A stretch of 61,490 bases of DNA, filler included, from Choristocarpus tenellus KU-1152 (taxonomy: Eukaryota; Protista; Phaeophyceae): the NCBI GenBank assembly GCA_964200185.2. It is 14 parts of 14 records of this genome, joined end to end, with 100 filler letters (N's around TTAATTAATTAA, not from the genome) between each part and the next. Parts side by side here need not be neighbours in the genome. Positions count along the whole stretch, not along the records: positions 19,833 to 27,272 come from CAXNAD020006159.1; positions 27,373 to 30,380 come from CAXNAD020022974.1; positions 30,481 to 34,687 come from CAXNAD020015693.1; positions 34,788 to 40,146 come from CAXNAD020011047.1; 10 more parts are not named here. One strand, 5' to 3'. Position numbers and translations under genes: made by a program. Positions 26,008 to 37,958 of the stretch are shown here, one piece after another; positions within the stretch are counted from its first letter, which is position 1; every line of letters begins with the position of its first letter. Below the pieces are notes generated by a model that searched no databases, was not told the DNA's origin, and saw nothing but the letters and a program-made list of their open reading frames with translations.

Positions 26008-26264
26008 AAGTCAGTATAGCTGAGAGGTAGGCAGGGTTGCATTTCAAGGATCCAGAGAAAGGGCAAAAACATACCACTTTGTACAATTGCAGAAAGAGCC
26101 CTTGCTGAATTTTGTTGTCAATTTGTGTCCGGAAGGGGTATTCCCAATTTTGAGTACAAAATTGTGCGCACCAAGCAACGAAACAGAGTGTATGACAGAG
26201 GCAACAGAGATGGCTTAGAATGCAAAAGGGTCCACACCTGCCTACCTCTCAATTGGTTTGACTC
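26008..26264 (+). mobile_element. MITE family C
   Basis: GCTGAGAGGTAGGCAGGGTT ... ACCTGCCTACCTCTCAATTGGTTTGACTC inverted termini; similar to 31179-31436. Confidence 0.8.
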
Positions 26265-27372
26265 TATACTCTCAAGTAAATGTAATGCCACCACTGCAGT
26301 TGCACCCTGACCATCCCAACAATTGAATTGACGTCTCAAGGAAGGGGGCGGGCAAAGGTCAGGTTCATTGATTGCTTTCTGGAGCTTCAAAGAATAAACG
26401 ATCTGGCCCAACCAACAGTGGAATTTACACTCCACAGAAAAAGAGCCAGTGGAGAGCTGTACAGGAAGGGGAGGAAAAGGGATGTTCCACACATAATATA
26501 ATCCGGATGTATGTATCCCCTCCAATGTGGAGGAGATTGCAGAGTGAACAAATGACACACACCCAACCCAGCTCAACAGACTGACTTTCAGGTGATAAAG
26601 TCTTTTTTGGTAAAATATCCAGCACATCTCCATATTATTATTATTAAGCTCGGCATGACTCCGCACACAAAACTCAACCTCCTGCCCTGCATTTTCTCTT
26701 TATCTTCTTTGCAACACTTGACGCGCAGACTTTCAACAAAAAAAAAGTACCACTTTCACTGATGGTGACGTGCCTCTATTTTCTGTTCACCACATGCCCA
26801 AACAGCAGAGCATATTTCTCAATGCATCCCATATAAAATGAAAACAAAAAATCGCACATTAAATTACGCCAGGAAAAATTGACGCGCACGGCAGCGCGCG
26901 CGCATGTGTGTGTGTGTATATATTTGTGTAAAACTGCTGGAATTTATCCAGCCAGTGGGGTGATGCAATACAGAACTTCACTGTATAACAAACCAAAAAA
27001 ACAGAGTGATCGTTTTCCATCTAGAGGACACGTACAAATCAAAAAGAAAGGCACTGTTACTGGACTTCTGCACGGGTTTGTTTCGCACGGTTTATCCTAC
27101 TTCCAGTGTTGCACCTCACTCTGTACACACTCCGCTCTACATGTAGACACATCTAACATTTCCAAAAAATACAAAATACGATACACAGAACTAGGGGAAC
27201 ATCTGTTGTGTGGTAAGAGGGGGGGGGGGGGGAGCAAACACACCTCTTCAAAAAGCAAACAAAAAAGAATTTNNNNNNNNNNNNNNNNNNNNNNNNNNNN
27301 NNNNNNNNNNNNNNNNTTAATTAATTAANNNNNNNNNNNNNNNNNNNNNNNNNNNNNNNNNNNNNNNNNNNN

Positions 27373-28281
27373 GGGTGGGCATCACTGTGGGTGCTAATGG
27401 CATCACCCTGGACCAACAGCTATACCCGGAGGGCACCGTCATGGCCAGGATGGGCTCCACGGAAGTGCTGGCACATCTACACCGCTCGACCCAGGCATGG
27501 ACCTATCTGCCAACACGACAACGAGGAGGAAGTGAATCCCACCACCTACCCCTACGTCAGCATCCTCGGCCAACTCATGTTTCTAGCAGGCATGACTCGC
27601 CCGGACCTGGCCAACAGCGTTCGTGAACTGGGGCGCAGGGCGACCTCTCCATGCATGCGGCACTGGCGCGGACTGCAACATGTACTGCACTACGTAGCAG
27701 GTACACTGGACGTCTGCATTCACTATGGTCAGGGGAGTGAAGATATGAATGGAGGAAATGGAGAGCTCTTGGTGGGGTATGGGGATTCCGACTGGGGCAC
27801 CGACTCTCAAACACGCAGTAGTGTCATGGGCTACCTACTATTGTTCAACAGATCGCCGATCGCCTGGTGCTCCAAGCTTCAAGGCACCATCACCCTCTCC
27901 AGCTCGAAGGCAGAGAGGACAGCAATGGCATACAGCATGCGCTACTGCATTTTCATTCGAGGCATTCTGGGGGAGATCGGCATACTGCAGGACCAGACTC
28001 CCTGGTTCTGTGACAACCGTGGTGCTATCCAGGTGGGCAGCATCACAGGTTTCAACGGGAGAACCAAACATGTAGACATGATGATCAAGTGCACCAGAGA
28101 ATACGTGGATCAGGGTCTGTTTCACGTACGATATGTTCCAACATCCAAACAGCTGGCCGACATTTTGACCAAGTCTTTGCGCAAGAATCGTGCTTCTGAT
28201 TTTGGGCATTCCATGCTTCATGTCGGGGGTGAGCATTGTCAGAAACTTTGCCGCACGCTCATGGGGGAGTGTGTACTATAG
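27373..28281 (+). pseudogene. Ty1/Copia pol 3' end (RT C-terminus plus RNase H), frameshifted near 27470-27510
   Basis: YVSILGQLMFLAGMTRPDLANSV, LVGYGDSDWG, IAWCSKLQGTITLSSSKAE, CDNRGAI, RTKHVD, YVPTSKQLADILTKSL. Confidence 0.95.
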
Positions 28282-28575
28282 ACTGGTAGTCTGTAGGTTT
28301 TTTCATAACGTTTTTGATAGCGAATAACATGTAACAAATCTGTTAGCTGAGTTGCTTAATTGTCACTCACTTGTCTCTGCACGACCGGAGTCATGGGTTC
28401 GAATCTCGATGGGCTCAAGCGGTGTAGATGTGTCCCACACTTCCGTGGAGCCCATCCCGGCCATGACGATGCTCTACGCATATAGCTGATGGTCCAGGGT
28501 GATGCTGGGATGGGCTCCACGGAAGTGTGGTACACATCTACACCGCTCGACCCCAGCATGCAGCTCTTTTGCACA
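28270..28575 (+). mobile_element. Putative 3' LTR of the Copia element (306 bp)
   Basis: Starts immediately after the polypurine tract GGGGGAG (28263-28269). Ends are TGTGTA...TGCACA (TG..CA, imperfect inverted repeat). The 5' LTR is not in the contig, so the right boundary is inferred. Confidence 0.7.
28336..28570 (+). ncRNA. Candidate Pol III unit: tRNA-derived head, anti-RT hairpin, T4 terminator
   Basis: A-box-like TAGCTGAGTTG 28344-28354; B box GGTTCGAATCT 28396-28406; arms 28411-28461 and 28504-28554 complementary at 47/51 positions; TTTT 28567-28570. Confidence 0.55.
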
Positions 28576-29439
28576 GGGGGTAGATTTGTGTAGGTATGGA
28601 TTCCTCGACCACCACTTCACGAGTTGTTGACTGGGCAACTTAGGACTCCTAGAATATTAAAGACGATAGTACCAACTATCTGTTCTCCATTGTGAAGCTT
28701 ATTGTCAAGCTCGCAGCAATGTTTCTATCTCCCTTGCCGTGTGTCTCTAATTCGTTTCTACCTGTTCCTGTCAACAACTTGTCTGTTGCTTCTACAGAGG
28801 TTTTGATTGAGATTGTGTTGATGTTGCACTTCCTATTTTAATTTTCAAGGAGTGGTTCATTCTCACTGTCACCAAGTTGTCTTTTAACACTATGCTCAGA
28901 AATGTAGCAACGATAATGAATTGGTCTGGTGGTAGATGTGCGTTGTGATTAGGCCACTGATGAGCTTGCTGGGTCGATCTAGTATCCTTGTGCTGTTTAT
29001 GGACACTGTAACCACAATGAGTGTACTACCGCAAAGACTCTCCACTGAGTACATACTTGAATAGCTCGACAAGTTCATCGGTATTGAGCCTAAGCGGTTT
29101 CAGATTTGTCACATTCTGAAAATCAATAGCCAATACCAACAGTGTACGTACAAAAACCACGACTTGGTCTACAGCACCCTTATAGCCACACTGACAATCT
29201 AAAATCACAAGTGCAAGCCTGACCAACATACAGATCACAAATCTCTTTTTAGTCCAGCTGAAATTACTGCAAAACACATGTAGACTAAATTCCAAATTCC
29301 AACTGAAAACATCAAAAAAAGACTCAGGCCAGATGCTAATCTAAAAAAAACATGCTACGGCATTGAAAATCTCACGAACTTTGATCTCCACCTGTGAATC
29401 AGAGTAGAACCAGTGTGGGGACACGAAAAGCTCATGATC

Positions 29440-29830
29440 CAGGACGTTCTTGACGTGATGATCTGTGGCATCTTGGTACACGAACGGAACGGGCGGTGAG
29501 GTTGTAGATCATGGTGTTCATGTCGTCTGTATACACGAATGAAGTAGGGTGGGGGTTGTTGTGAGTGATTCCCATGACATTCTGCATACATGAATGATGT
29601 GCTCCTCTGTGGTTGTAAGTAGTGCTGTCCATGGCGTCAGCCGACACGAACTAAGTAAGTACTGCTCTGTGATTTTAAGTAGTGATGTCCATGGTGTCTT
29701 GGCCTACGAACGAAGTGCTGCTCTGAGGTTGCAAGTAGTGATGTCTATGATGTCTTCGTACACGAACAGAGTGGGTGTTGATGTTGTAAGTAGCTATGTC
29801 CCTGACAGTGTGTGTACTCGAACGAATGAA
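29440..29830. repeat. Diverged tandem repeat, 55-60 bp unit with ACACGAACGAA core, about 7 copies
   Basis: Core recurs at spacings of 55, 55, 56, 60, 56 and 56 bp. Confidence 0.8.
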
Positions 29831-30004
29831 AGACAGCTTCCCTGATGGTGTGTTCGTACAGATTAGCAACGCTGCTCTGTGGCAAGAGTGGGAGTTAGGG
29901 TGATGGATGGGCGTGATTCCTGGTACAGGGGGGGTTGTGGGGGAAAGTGGTGGGTTTGGAGTCATTTGGACATGAAGGTGGCCATGGGAAAGTTGGATTG
30001 GGGG

Positions 30005-30380
30005 GGGGTCTTGGGCAGGTGCCGTGATATGGTAGGGGGGGTCTTGAGCAATTTCTGTGATAGGTGGGGGTGGGTCTTGAGCAGGGTCTGTGATGTGTTG
30101 GGGGGGGGTCTTGAGCAGGTTCTTTGAGGTTTTAGAGGTAGTCTTGAGTGGGTTCTGTGGTGAGAGTCTTGAGCAGGTTCAGAGGTGTGTGTGTAGGGGT
30201 AGTCTTGAGCAGTTGCTATGATAGGTGGGGGTGGGTCTTGAGCAGGTTCTGTGATGTGTTGGGGGTAGTCTTGAGCGGTTTCTGTGGTGAGGGTCTTGAC
30301 CAGGTTCAGTGGTGTGTTTGTAGGGGTGGTCTTGAGCAGTTGCTGTGTGTGAGGGGGGTAAGTCTTGGGCAAGTGATGTG
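30005..30380. repeat. GTCTTGAGCAG-core tandem array, 12 copies, with higher-order structure
   Basis: Core spacing 33, 33, 34, 33, 25, 36, 33, 33, 25, 36, 33 bp; runs into the contig end. Confidence 0.9.
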
Positions 30381-30480
30381 NNNNNNNNNNNNNNNNNNNN
30401 NNNNNNNNNNNNNNNNNNNNNNNNTTAATTAATTAANNNNNNNNNNNNNNNNNNNNNNNNNNNNNNNNNNNNNNNNNNNN

Positions 30481-30552
30481 TTTTTTAAGACCATTATCGC
30501 AAAACAACCATCCTCGTAGTCCCGCTCCATCCCCAATTTTGAAAATCCTCTG
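30481..30552. repeat. Foldback-family arm; inverted copy at 34621-34680; related to 36771-36988
   Basis: TTTTTTAAGACC...CAACCATCCTC.TAG.CCCGCTCCATCC.CAAT is the reverse complement of 34621-34676. Confidence 0.75.
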
Positions 30553-31178
30553 TTAAATGCACAAATGTTCGTCAGTACGACTCACCCTCTGCGAAATATA
30601 CACAAAAATTTGTCGTACCACTTCCCTATCTACGAAAATATTACAAATATATTAAGTCCCCACTCAGCCATCTATGAAATATGTAGAATTATTTGTACCA
30701 CTCTCCTATCCGGAAAAGATGTACAACGGGTCCATGGTGCAAATACGTTGATTTGAATCCCTCTACAATGATTTGCCCTGGTGAGTACAAGTTGTACGAT
30801 TCACCGTGTACTGATCTGTTAACATTTCATCTTGTCGGAAGATTTGTCCCACACCACGCTCAGAAATATGAAAGGGTGTAAATGATTCGGATCCACAAAT
30901 GAAAGAGTTAACTCCTAAACCTTTGGTTTGTGAGGATGTGCCCCAACGCGCATAACTCAGATATATGACAGGAACGACCATTGATTTGTCGGGAATGGAT
31001 TTGTATGTCAGAACTTGAATTTGATTTGAACGGCGTGTGAAATATTCAACACCTCGTCGAACAACCTCACCCACCCCCCTCACTCCACCTTTGATCTCTT
31101 CCGGGCACAGATCCCTTCTGAAAAACCAATTGCTACAAAAAGGGTGTGATAACATACTTGGTATCGCTGAATAAGAAA

Positions 31179-31436
31179 GAGCCAAACCAGCTGAGAGGTA
31201 GGCAAGGTTGCATTTTAAGGATCCCAAGAAAGGACAAGATCGTGTCATTTTGTACAATTGGAGAAAGAGCGCAACCTAAATTGTGGTTCACGTTGTTCGT
31301 GGAACGAAGAAATATCCATTTGGCATACATTGTGCACATACATGAAGCAATGAAAGAGAGTGTATTGCACAGGGTAGGAAAGATGACTTAGAATGCAAAG
31401 GGTCCAAACCTGCCTACCTCTTAATTGGTTTGGATT
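31179..31436 (+). mobile_element. MITE family C, full copy; partial copy at 31812-31952
   Basis: GAGCCAAACCAGCTGAGAGGTAGGCAAGGTT ... AAACCTGCCTACCTCTTAATTGGTTTGGATT. Confidence 0.85.
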
Positions 31437-32929
31437 GTAAATTACATGCTTCGAAGTATATATTTTATTTTATTTTTTTTCTAAAAATATATATCATAAA
31501 ACAAATAATGAAGATAAAAGTAAAAAGGCGAACAACAGGCATCATCACTGTCACTGAGTCACCTGAGTCACAGGGTTACGACAAGCCTTTAAAGCAAACA
31601 GATCGTACGCACGTGCACGTCGCTGGGCGAGGCAAGGCCTCATTTCAACAAGCTCCCCACCAACGACAAAAAAAAGTGTGTATGAAAAAACAGTTTTGTT
31701 CCATCTCGCAAACACAACGCCCCCAAAATTATACTTCTAGTAAGCTTCGAACTGGGTTTCAAAAGCGTAAACTGGGTTCAAAGATTTCACTGTTACTTGT
31801 GGTATCACTTGGTGTGTGAAAAGGAGGAATATCAATTTGTGTAGACAAATTGTGCACATAAAGCAATGGAAAGAGCGCAATGAACAGAGTAAGAAAGATG
31901 GTTTAGAATGCAAAAGAGTCCAAACTTGCCTAACTCTCAATTGGTTTAGCTCTCCTCCCGCCTCTTTTTTAAATGTACGGATGGTGGAACACCTCCCCCG
32001 CAGATGAGGGGGAAGTTCTTCTCTGCCCTCCCTTCCCAGCATCCACGAAAGGTATTTTGTCACCCTCCATTCGTTTGCTATTCTTGAAAACCGAGATGGC
32101 ACATCTCGTGTTTTTCGTGGTTCGCTTAGGGGGGTTGAAGTTTCTGGAAAGTTTCCACACCACTAATATCGTGGAAGGTCTTCCCATCTTGCTGGGCTTA
32201 ATTAGAATGACCATTGCATTTCTGCTGCTTGAACCAAGTTGGGATTTGAAGGTAGGAGCCTACTGCTGTGTTGCCAACCTCTGAAGACTGCCTACTAAAT
32301 ACCCATGGGAGCATCCGCAACTGGGGACTCATCCTCCGACAAAGAGGCAGCCTCTTCATCATTGTCAACCCCCTCAGTCCTTGACACATCACTTTCCACC
32401 TTGACCATTTAGTCCCAAAAGGAAATAGTTACCCTTACTGCTAACTTTCTAGCTGTACAGCATAGTCGTTGCTCACTGTACTCTCTGTTGTGTGATGATG
32501 ATGTGATTGTGTGATTAGTGGTGTAATCATCTACAGCACAAACCTCACAATACCTCAGACATTGCAACAAAAAATGCAAACTATACTTCGAACTATGAAT
32601 AATGTGATTCTGTGGCGGTGTGGTTCACTCAGGCAAGGGTGGTGAAGAGAATCACCGGGCAAGATTGACCAGACAAACAAGGACGAACTGTACCGAGGGT
32701 ATGAGGTTAAGATTGGACAAGTGCAAAAATTGACAAGTGATGAGCATCATCAAAGATGGGGCTTCATCACCATCAGTCAAGACGTGAGAACAAAGTGGAT
32801 CTTCCATGTGTGACAACTCTGAATGACGAGCTGTCCCAAGTCTATGGGATTGGTCACATGAAGAGATTCCATGGTTTCATTCGGACGTGAAGTCTGTCAG
32901 TGAAACCATAGACGCTTGACTGGGAACCT

Positions 32930-33720
32930 CAATCAGTACATCGGTATAACGTTATATGGCGTACGGTAATAACGATATAACAACAGACAAACATGCTTTC
33001 CACAGAAGTATGTGAACCAACACAAATATGGATTATGAGCTCGATAGTATAATAAAAAATACTGTTGCACTACTAAATGTACTAGTATATGCACATATTA
33101 CTAGTATGATACGGTTTCTGATATTATTAACAGCATTTAAAAGGAATTACCACCGTACGGTACGGTAAGTTACCATCAATTTACAGTCAAAATTCCTTAG
33201 TTATTACCGCAGTAGTCTCATTACCGTGACGAGCCTTGGTTGTGTCAGTCCTCGTGGGGCTGCTGGAGCACAATGGGGCACTAACTGGCGGAGTTTCCTC
33301 TCCTCTTTCTCTGTCGTCATAGCCCCACTGTTACCCATTTGCCACATAATTGCAGCTGGAGTAACCCGTCCTGCCATAGCAAGTCGGCAGTAACCCATAA
33401 TTTCTACTATGGTTGTTGCAAGAGAAGCATGAGAATTTGTTGGAATATCTCTCCACAACATTTTCATCTGAGTGCGAGTAAGTTGTTGAGGTGGGTCTAA
33501 TTCTGTTGAGAAGCCGTATAGAAATGCCTTTCAACGTGAGATGTGGAGACCAAGCACGCGAGAGGATCCTGTTGTGAGGGACACCCAGGTAGGAAAGGAG
33601 GAGGACTTTCGTCACAAGTAAGTCCGAGGCACAAATGCAAACATAACACAATGATAGGAACAAGAATGGAGCGCTGTCCACACTCCCATCTCGGTTGCTT
33701 GTCAACCGTACCTAGAACCA
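32930..33720 (-). mobile_element. Possible decayed hAT transposon 3' end
   Basis: LACLVSTSHVERHFYTA resembles the hAT dimerisation motif; TACGGT/ACCGTA-type motifs cluster at 32960-33230. Confidence 0.3.
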
Positions 33721-33865
33721 CTGATGTTTTTCATGTATTGAAAGACAATGAATGGAGGATGTGTGATTGCCTACAAAACCACTTTCTTCCACGTCATGTT
33801 GAGGGAAACCTCATTTCACTAGGAACAAAAATGAGTTTTAACAGAGGGGCAAACAGTGTGTTAAA

Positions 33866-34124
33866 GAGTCAAAGTATCTTCAAGAGTAGAGCCGCGTCCA
33901 TTTGGGGCCAAAATCCAATGTTGCAAGTTTGATGTAATTTTGGCTATTGTGTTTGCTAGGAAGTGTCAACATCCTTGTTCCGGACACACCTTTTCATAAC
34001 ACACATATTTTACCTTCTCCGAAATATTTTGGTGTAGGAAAAAGTCATAAAACCCCCCCAAGGGAAGCCAAGCCCCAAATGGACAAACAGGGCAAAACTA
34101 GTGCCCTCTAAGATACTTTCACTC
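33866..34124 (+). mobile_element. MITE family A, full copy
   Basis: GAGTCAAAGTATCTT ... AAGATACTTTCACTC termini. Confidence 0.9.
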
Positions 34125-34139
34125 AAACTACCGACAGAC

Positions 34140-34316
34140 ATCGGTTGGTGTATAGAATATTTTCTGAATTGTGTCGAAATTGTTTTAAGAAATCAACGTT
34201 GTCAAGTCAAACTTGGCAGTTCATGCATAGAAATATGGGTGAATTTGCTAAGACTAAAACACCAGCTTAGAATGCGAAACGGCGAAAACCTGGGTACCTC
34301 TCGTTTGCTTCGGCTC
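34140..34316 (+). mobile_element. MITE family E, right part
   Basis: Ends CCTGGGTACCTCTCGTTTGCTTCGGCTC; interior resembles 35650-35893. Confidence 0.6.
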
Positions 34317-35184
34317 ATCTGGCGGGACTCCTCACCAGTTTGGAGGCCTATTCTTGTTGCTACACCACTCGCTGGCTACGCACTATGACCCACACAATGA
34401 ATCAAAATTAACAGATGAGAGCTGAACCAATGAAATTGTCAGTCGCAAATCCTCTTGGTTCACAATGCTAGCAAATCAAGTTAAATATCCTCAAGACATA
34501 CTCGTCTGCCCAAGTGTGTGTAGCATCGGGTGTAGGCAAAGGCAAGTGCCCTACACCTACCTATCCCTCTAAGTACCATGGTGAAAAGTGAAGAGATCGT
34601 GCATCACGCATCTAAGTTAGATTGAGGATGGAGCGGGGCTATGAGGATGGTTGTTCTGCGAAACGGTCTTAAAAAAGTACCGAAAGGNNNNNNNNNNNNN
34701 NNNNNNNNNNNNNNNNNNNNNNNNNNNNNNNTTAATTAATTAANNNNNNNNNNNNNNNNNNNNNNNNNNNNNNNNNNNNNNNNNNNNCCCCCCCCAGATA
34801 CTTTGACCCCATTCCTTCTTCCCTGTTAAGTCTCTGTCGCAGTTAGTGTCCCGCACCCTATGCCATCCAGACCCACCCCGCGTGTGCAAGATTAATTCTA
34901 GTTGGGCTCCTCAGTATCCTGTTCACCAATGTGCCGACCCCTAACTGTCAAGTGTATTATGGAGAGAAGGTGCACTTTTATGCCATAATTTTTGATCAGG
35001 TGTTTTACTCTCAGGACCCTAGCGTCTCTTGCCCCCCATTCAATAATTCATAAATGACAAAAGGATATCATAATTTATGAAAGTCAAAAACCCTTCCCCA
35101 ATTTCGAGCACCCCAACCCCGAAAAGCTACTTTCTGACCAAAACCGTTGTCCCCCCACGTTTATAACAGAAGTTGTTTTGTTTT

Positions 35185-35444
35185 GAATGAAAGTATCTTA
35201 GAGGGTACGAATTTTGCCCTGTTTGTCCATTTGGGACTTGACTTCCCATGGGGTTTTTTATAACGTTTTCCTATTCCAAAATATTTCGGAATAGGTGAAA
35301 TGTATACGTTATGAAAAGGTGTGTCCGGAACATGGATATTGACACTTCCTAACAAACGCGAGAGTCAAAAATTACATCAAAATCGCAACATTGAATTTTG
35401 CCTACCAAATGGACACGCCTCTACCCTCTAAGATACTTTGACTC
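35185..35444 (-). mobile_element. MITE family A, full copy flanked by TTTT/TTTT
   Basis: GAATGAAAGTATCTTAGAGGGTA ... TACCCTCTAAGATACTTTGACTC. Confidence 0.9.
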
Positions 35445-35649
35445 TTTTGATCTTGTACAAGTCAGCACACGGGGCTCTTGCAATTTTGTACTGGAGTGAT
35501 GGTGGTTAGTGGCTTGGGCGACCTTAGCTCCTGCTTTGGTGTGTCGTAAATTCTTATCACAGTTTCGTTGGAATGCCATTTGGACATTGTTGTCCTCATT
35601 GCGCCCCTAGTAACACACTTACATACCATTCCTGTTCGTTGTTGACTCT

Positions 35650-35893
35650 GAGTCAATGCAAGCGAGAGGTACCCAGCATGCTGAAAAATGTACGCAAATT
35701 TCGGCATTTCTACAAATCCGTGGAGGGAATTTTCTAAATTCTGTAGAAAATTTTTTAACAATCGAAAAGTCAATGCTCTCAAATCGATTTTAGTACCTTA
35801 TCCATAGAATTATGGGTGAATCGCAGAATACAAAAAATGTTGCCTAAGAGGCAAAAGGGTCAAAACCTGTGTACTTCCCTTTTAATTTGACTC
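35650..35893 (+). mobile_element. MITE family E; shorter relative at 50657-50822
   Basis: GAGTCAATGCAAGCGAGAGGTACCCAG ... CTGTGTACTTCCCTTTTAATTTGACTC. Confidence 0.65.
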
Positions 35894-36161
35894 TCCGGTG
35901 TTCCAATCATCAACTCCAACCCCAATAATCTTGTAAAGGTCGTCTTGGAGACATTTCTACCAGTGCTTCTCCTGTCCACCTTGGTTACTTTTTTCATTCG
36001 CATATATATATATATTGGGAAGTCTTACTAATCTTCTTGAAAGTGTTATTTGTTGTGGGCTTTTCTCTTACGTATCCTACCTTCTCAACGAGCGTGTATT
36101 GCCTTCTTCAGACTACTATTTCGACTACAGGTGTAGATCCCTCAAAACAAATGTGAAGCAA

Positions 36162-36420
36162 GAGTCAAAGCCTTTAAGAGGGTAGGTAGGGCCACGTCTG
36201 TCGGGGGTCATAAATTTTATGTTGCGATCTTCATGGATTTTGGCTATTGTGTCTGTTGGCAAGTGTCAATATCCTTCCTTTGAACACACATTTCGTAAAC
36301 ATACACATTTTTGGTAACTGTACTCACACAGAAAACCGAAAAGGGCAAAATAATCTGTGGTAATCCAAGACTCAAATAATGGACAAACAGGGCAAAACTC
36401 CTATCCTCTTAAATGCTTCC
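36162..36420 (+). mobile_element. MITE family A variant (A2)
   Basis: Starts GAGTCAAAGCCTTTAAGAGGGTA; interior similar to 595-794. Confidence 0.75.
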
Positions 36421-36642
36421 AAAATAGGAGTAACATTTGCTTTCTTTAGACTACTTTGAACATGTGTGGGATGCGTGTGATGATTGTCCGATTGCAAGAA
36501 TCATAACAGCAATAACCAACTAATAAATATTTTTTCCATCTAAAACCTATTGATGGGCTACGATATTTTTCCCTGGCTACGTATGGAAGATGTAAGAGAA
36601 CGTAAGACAAATATATATAGAATGATTTGCAATACGCTTAAG

Positions 36643-37118
36643 GAGTCAAACCAACTGAGAGATATGTACATAGAGTTTCATTTTAAGGATCCCAACAAAG
36701 GGAAAAAAGTATAATTTTGTACATTTTCAGAAAAAGCCTTTGCTGGTTTGTGTGTGAAAAGGGGTAATAATAGTCGATTTCAAAAATTGAGGATGGAGCT
36801 TTTTATTGAGGATGGGCTTGAACCAAAATTGACTTGGATAAGGTGTCGATATGTTTTTTTTGTATTGTATTGATATTTTGTATCGTATTGCATTTAAAAA
36901 AAAATCATATCGACACTTTATCCCAGTCAACTTTGGTTCAAGCCCATCCTCAATGAAAAGCTTCATCCTCCATTTTTGAAATCGGCTGCTTAATACCGAT
37001 TTTGCGCACACTAATGTGAGCATAAAGCGATGAGATTTGATGTAGTGTGCACAAGGTGAGAAAACTGACTTCGAATGCAAAAGGGTCTAAACCTCCCTAC
37101 CTCTCAATGATTTTGCTC
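36643..37118 (+). mobile_element. MITE family C copy containing a nested ~218-bp palindromic element (36771-36988)
   Basis: Family C termini at both ends; inner arms TAGTCGATTTCAAAAATTGAGGATG... and ...CATCCTCCATTTTTGAAATCGGCTG pair over about 90 bp. Confidence 0.8.
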
Positions 37119-37958
37119 AATCTCCTCCTAACGTGTGCAAAAGCCCTCTCAGTTCTTTTGTTTGCTGATTTTAGCCTTCTTGATTCCTTCCTGACCTTTT
37201 CGATCTTTTCCAGTATAGATGTAGTTACGCACAAAATTAATATGAATATTTTTGTGACTCGTGTGAAAAATAGAAGAGTATGAGCATTTGAGAACGAATA
37301 GACTTATGTAATCCATATAAGAGTAATTCATGAAGGTAATTGTTATTACTTCTATTTTGGATTAGTCAAGGAATTCCAGATCCATAGTTGATTAGATGGA
37401 TTTTCGGAGGCAATATATTATATATCGCTAGTAGAGAAAGCGAAGATTAACTGGAAAAAAGAGAACAGGATGGTTTAATACATATGTTCTACTATTTATG
37501 TCATCATTCCTTTTGGCAGAATGTATTTCCCATAATAACGATATTCCCCAAATTGACCAATAAAAAGCACCAGTGTTTCAAGTTCTAACTTTTTCAATAA
37601 TTCTACTCAACAAAAGAGTAGGAAGATGTATACGCATTTAATCGATTTGTAGAACGTCTGCTTCAATGACTTATTTGTTTTTCTGTAGGAAACATTTCTA
37701 AATAATGTACTACAACTTTAATAAAAGTTACTCAAAGTCCTAGTAGTGGGTCACATTATGTTTGGAACTATATATGAAGTGTCCAATATTTTCAAAGTTA
37801 CATGGAAAATTGTGGAAATAATAATTTCAGTAAATTTGTTCCATCAGGTCCATCTAATCTAAAAAGAAGCAAACATTGATACAAGATGGAAAGGAATAAA
37901 GAGAGCAGGGATTAGAAGAATAACCCAAGAAGGAGACAGAAAAACATGCACCACAGTA

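Noticed and set aside
28336-28417. Functional tRNA gene
   Set aside because: Acceptor and anticodon stems do not pair properly in this copy; treated only as a tRNA-derived promoter.
30005-30380. CRISPR-like appearance of a constant core with variable spacers (also 29440-29830)
   Set aside because: The cores are only about 11 bp, the spacers are related to each other, the context is eukaryotic and no cas genes are present.
37330-37560. VLFFPVNLRFLY* resembling a Ulp1 protease His-Trp motif
   Set aside because: Needs two assumed substitutions, no catalytic Cys motif was found, and the segment also looks like a splice acceptor tract.
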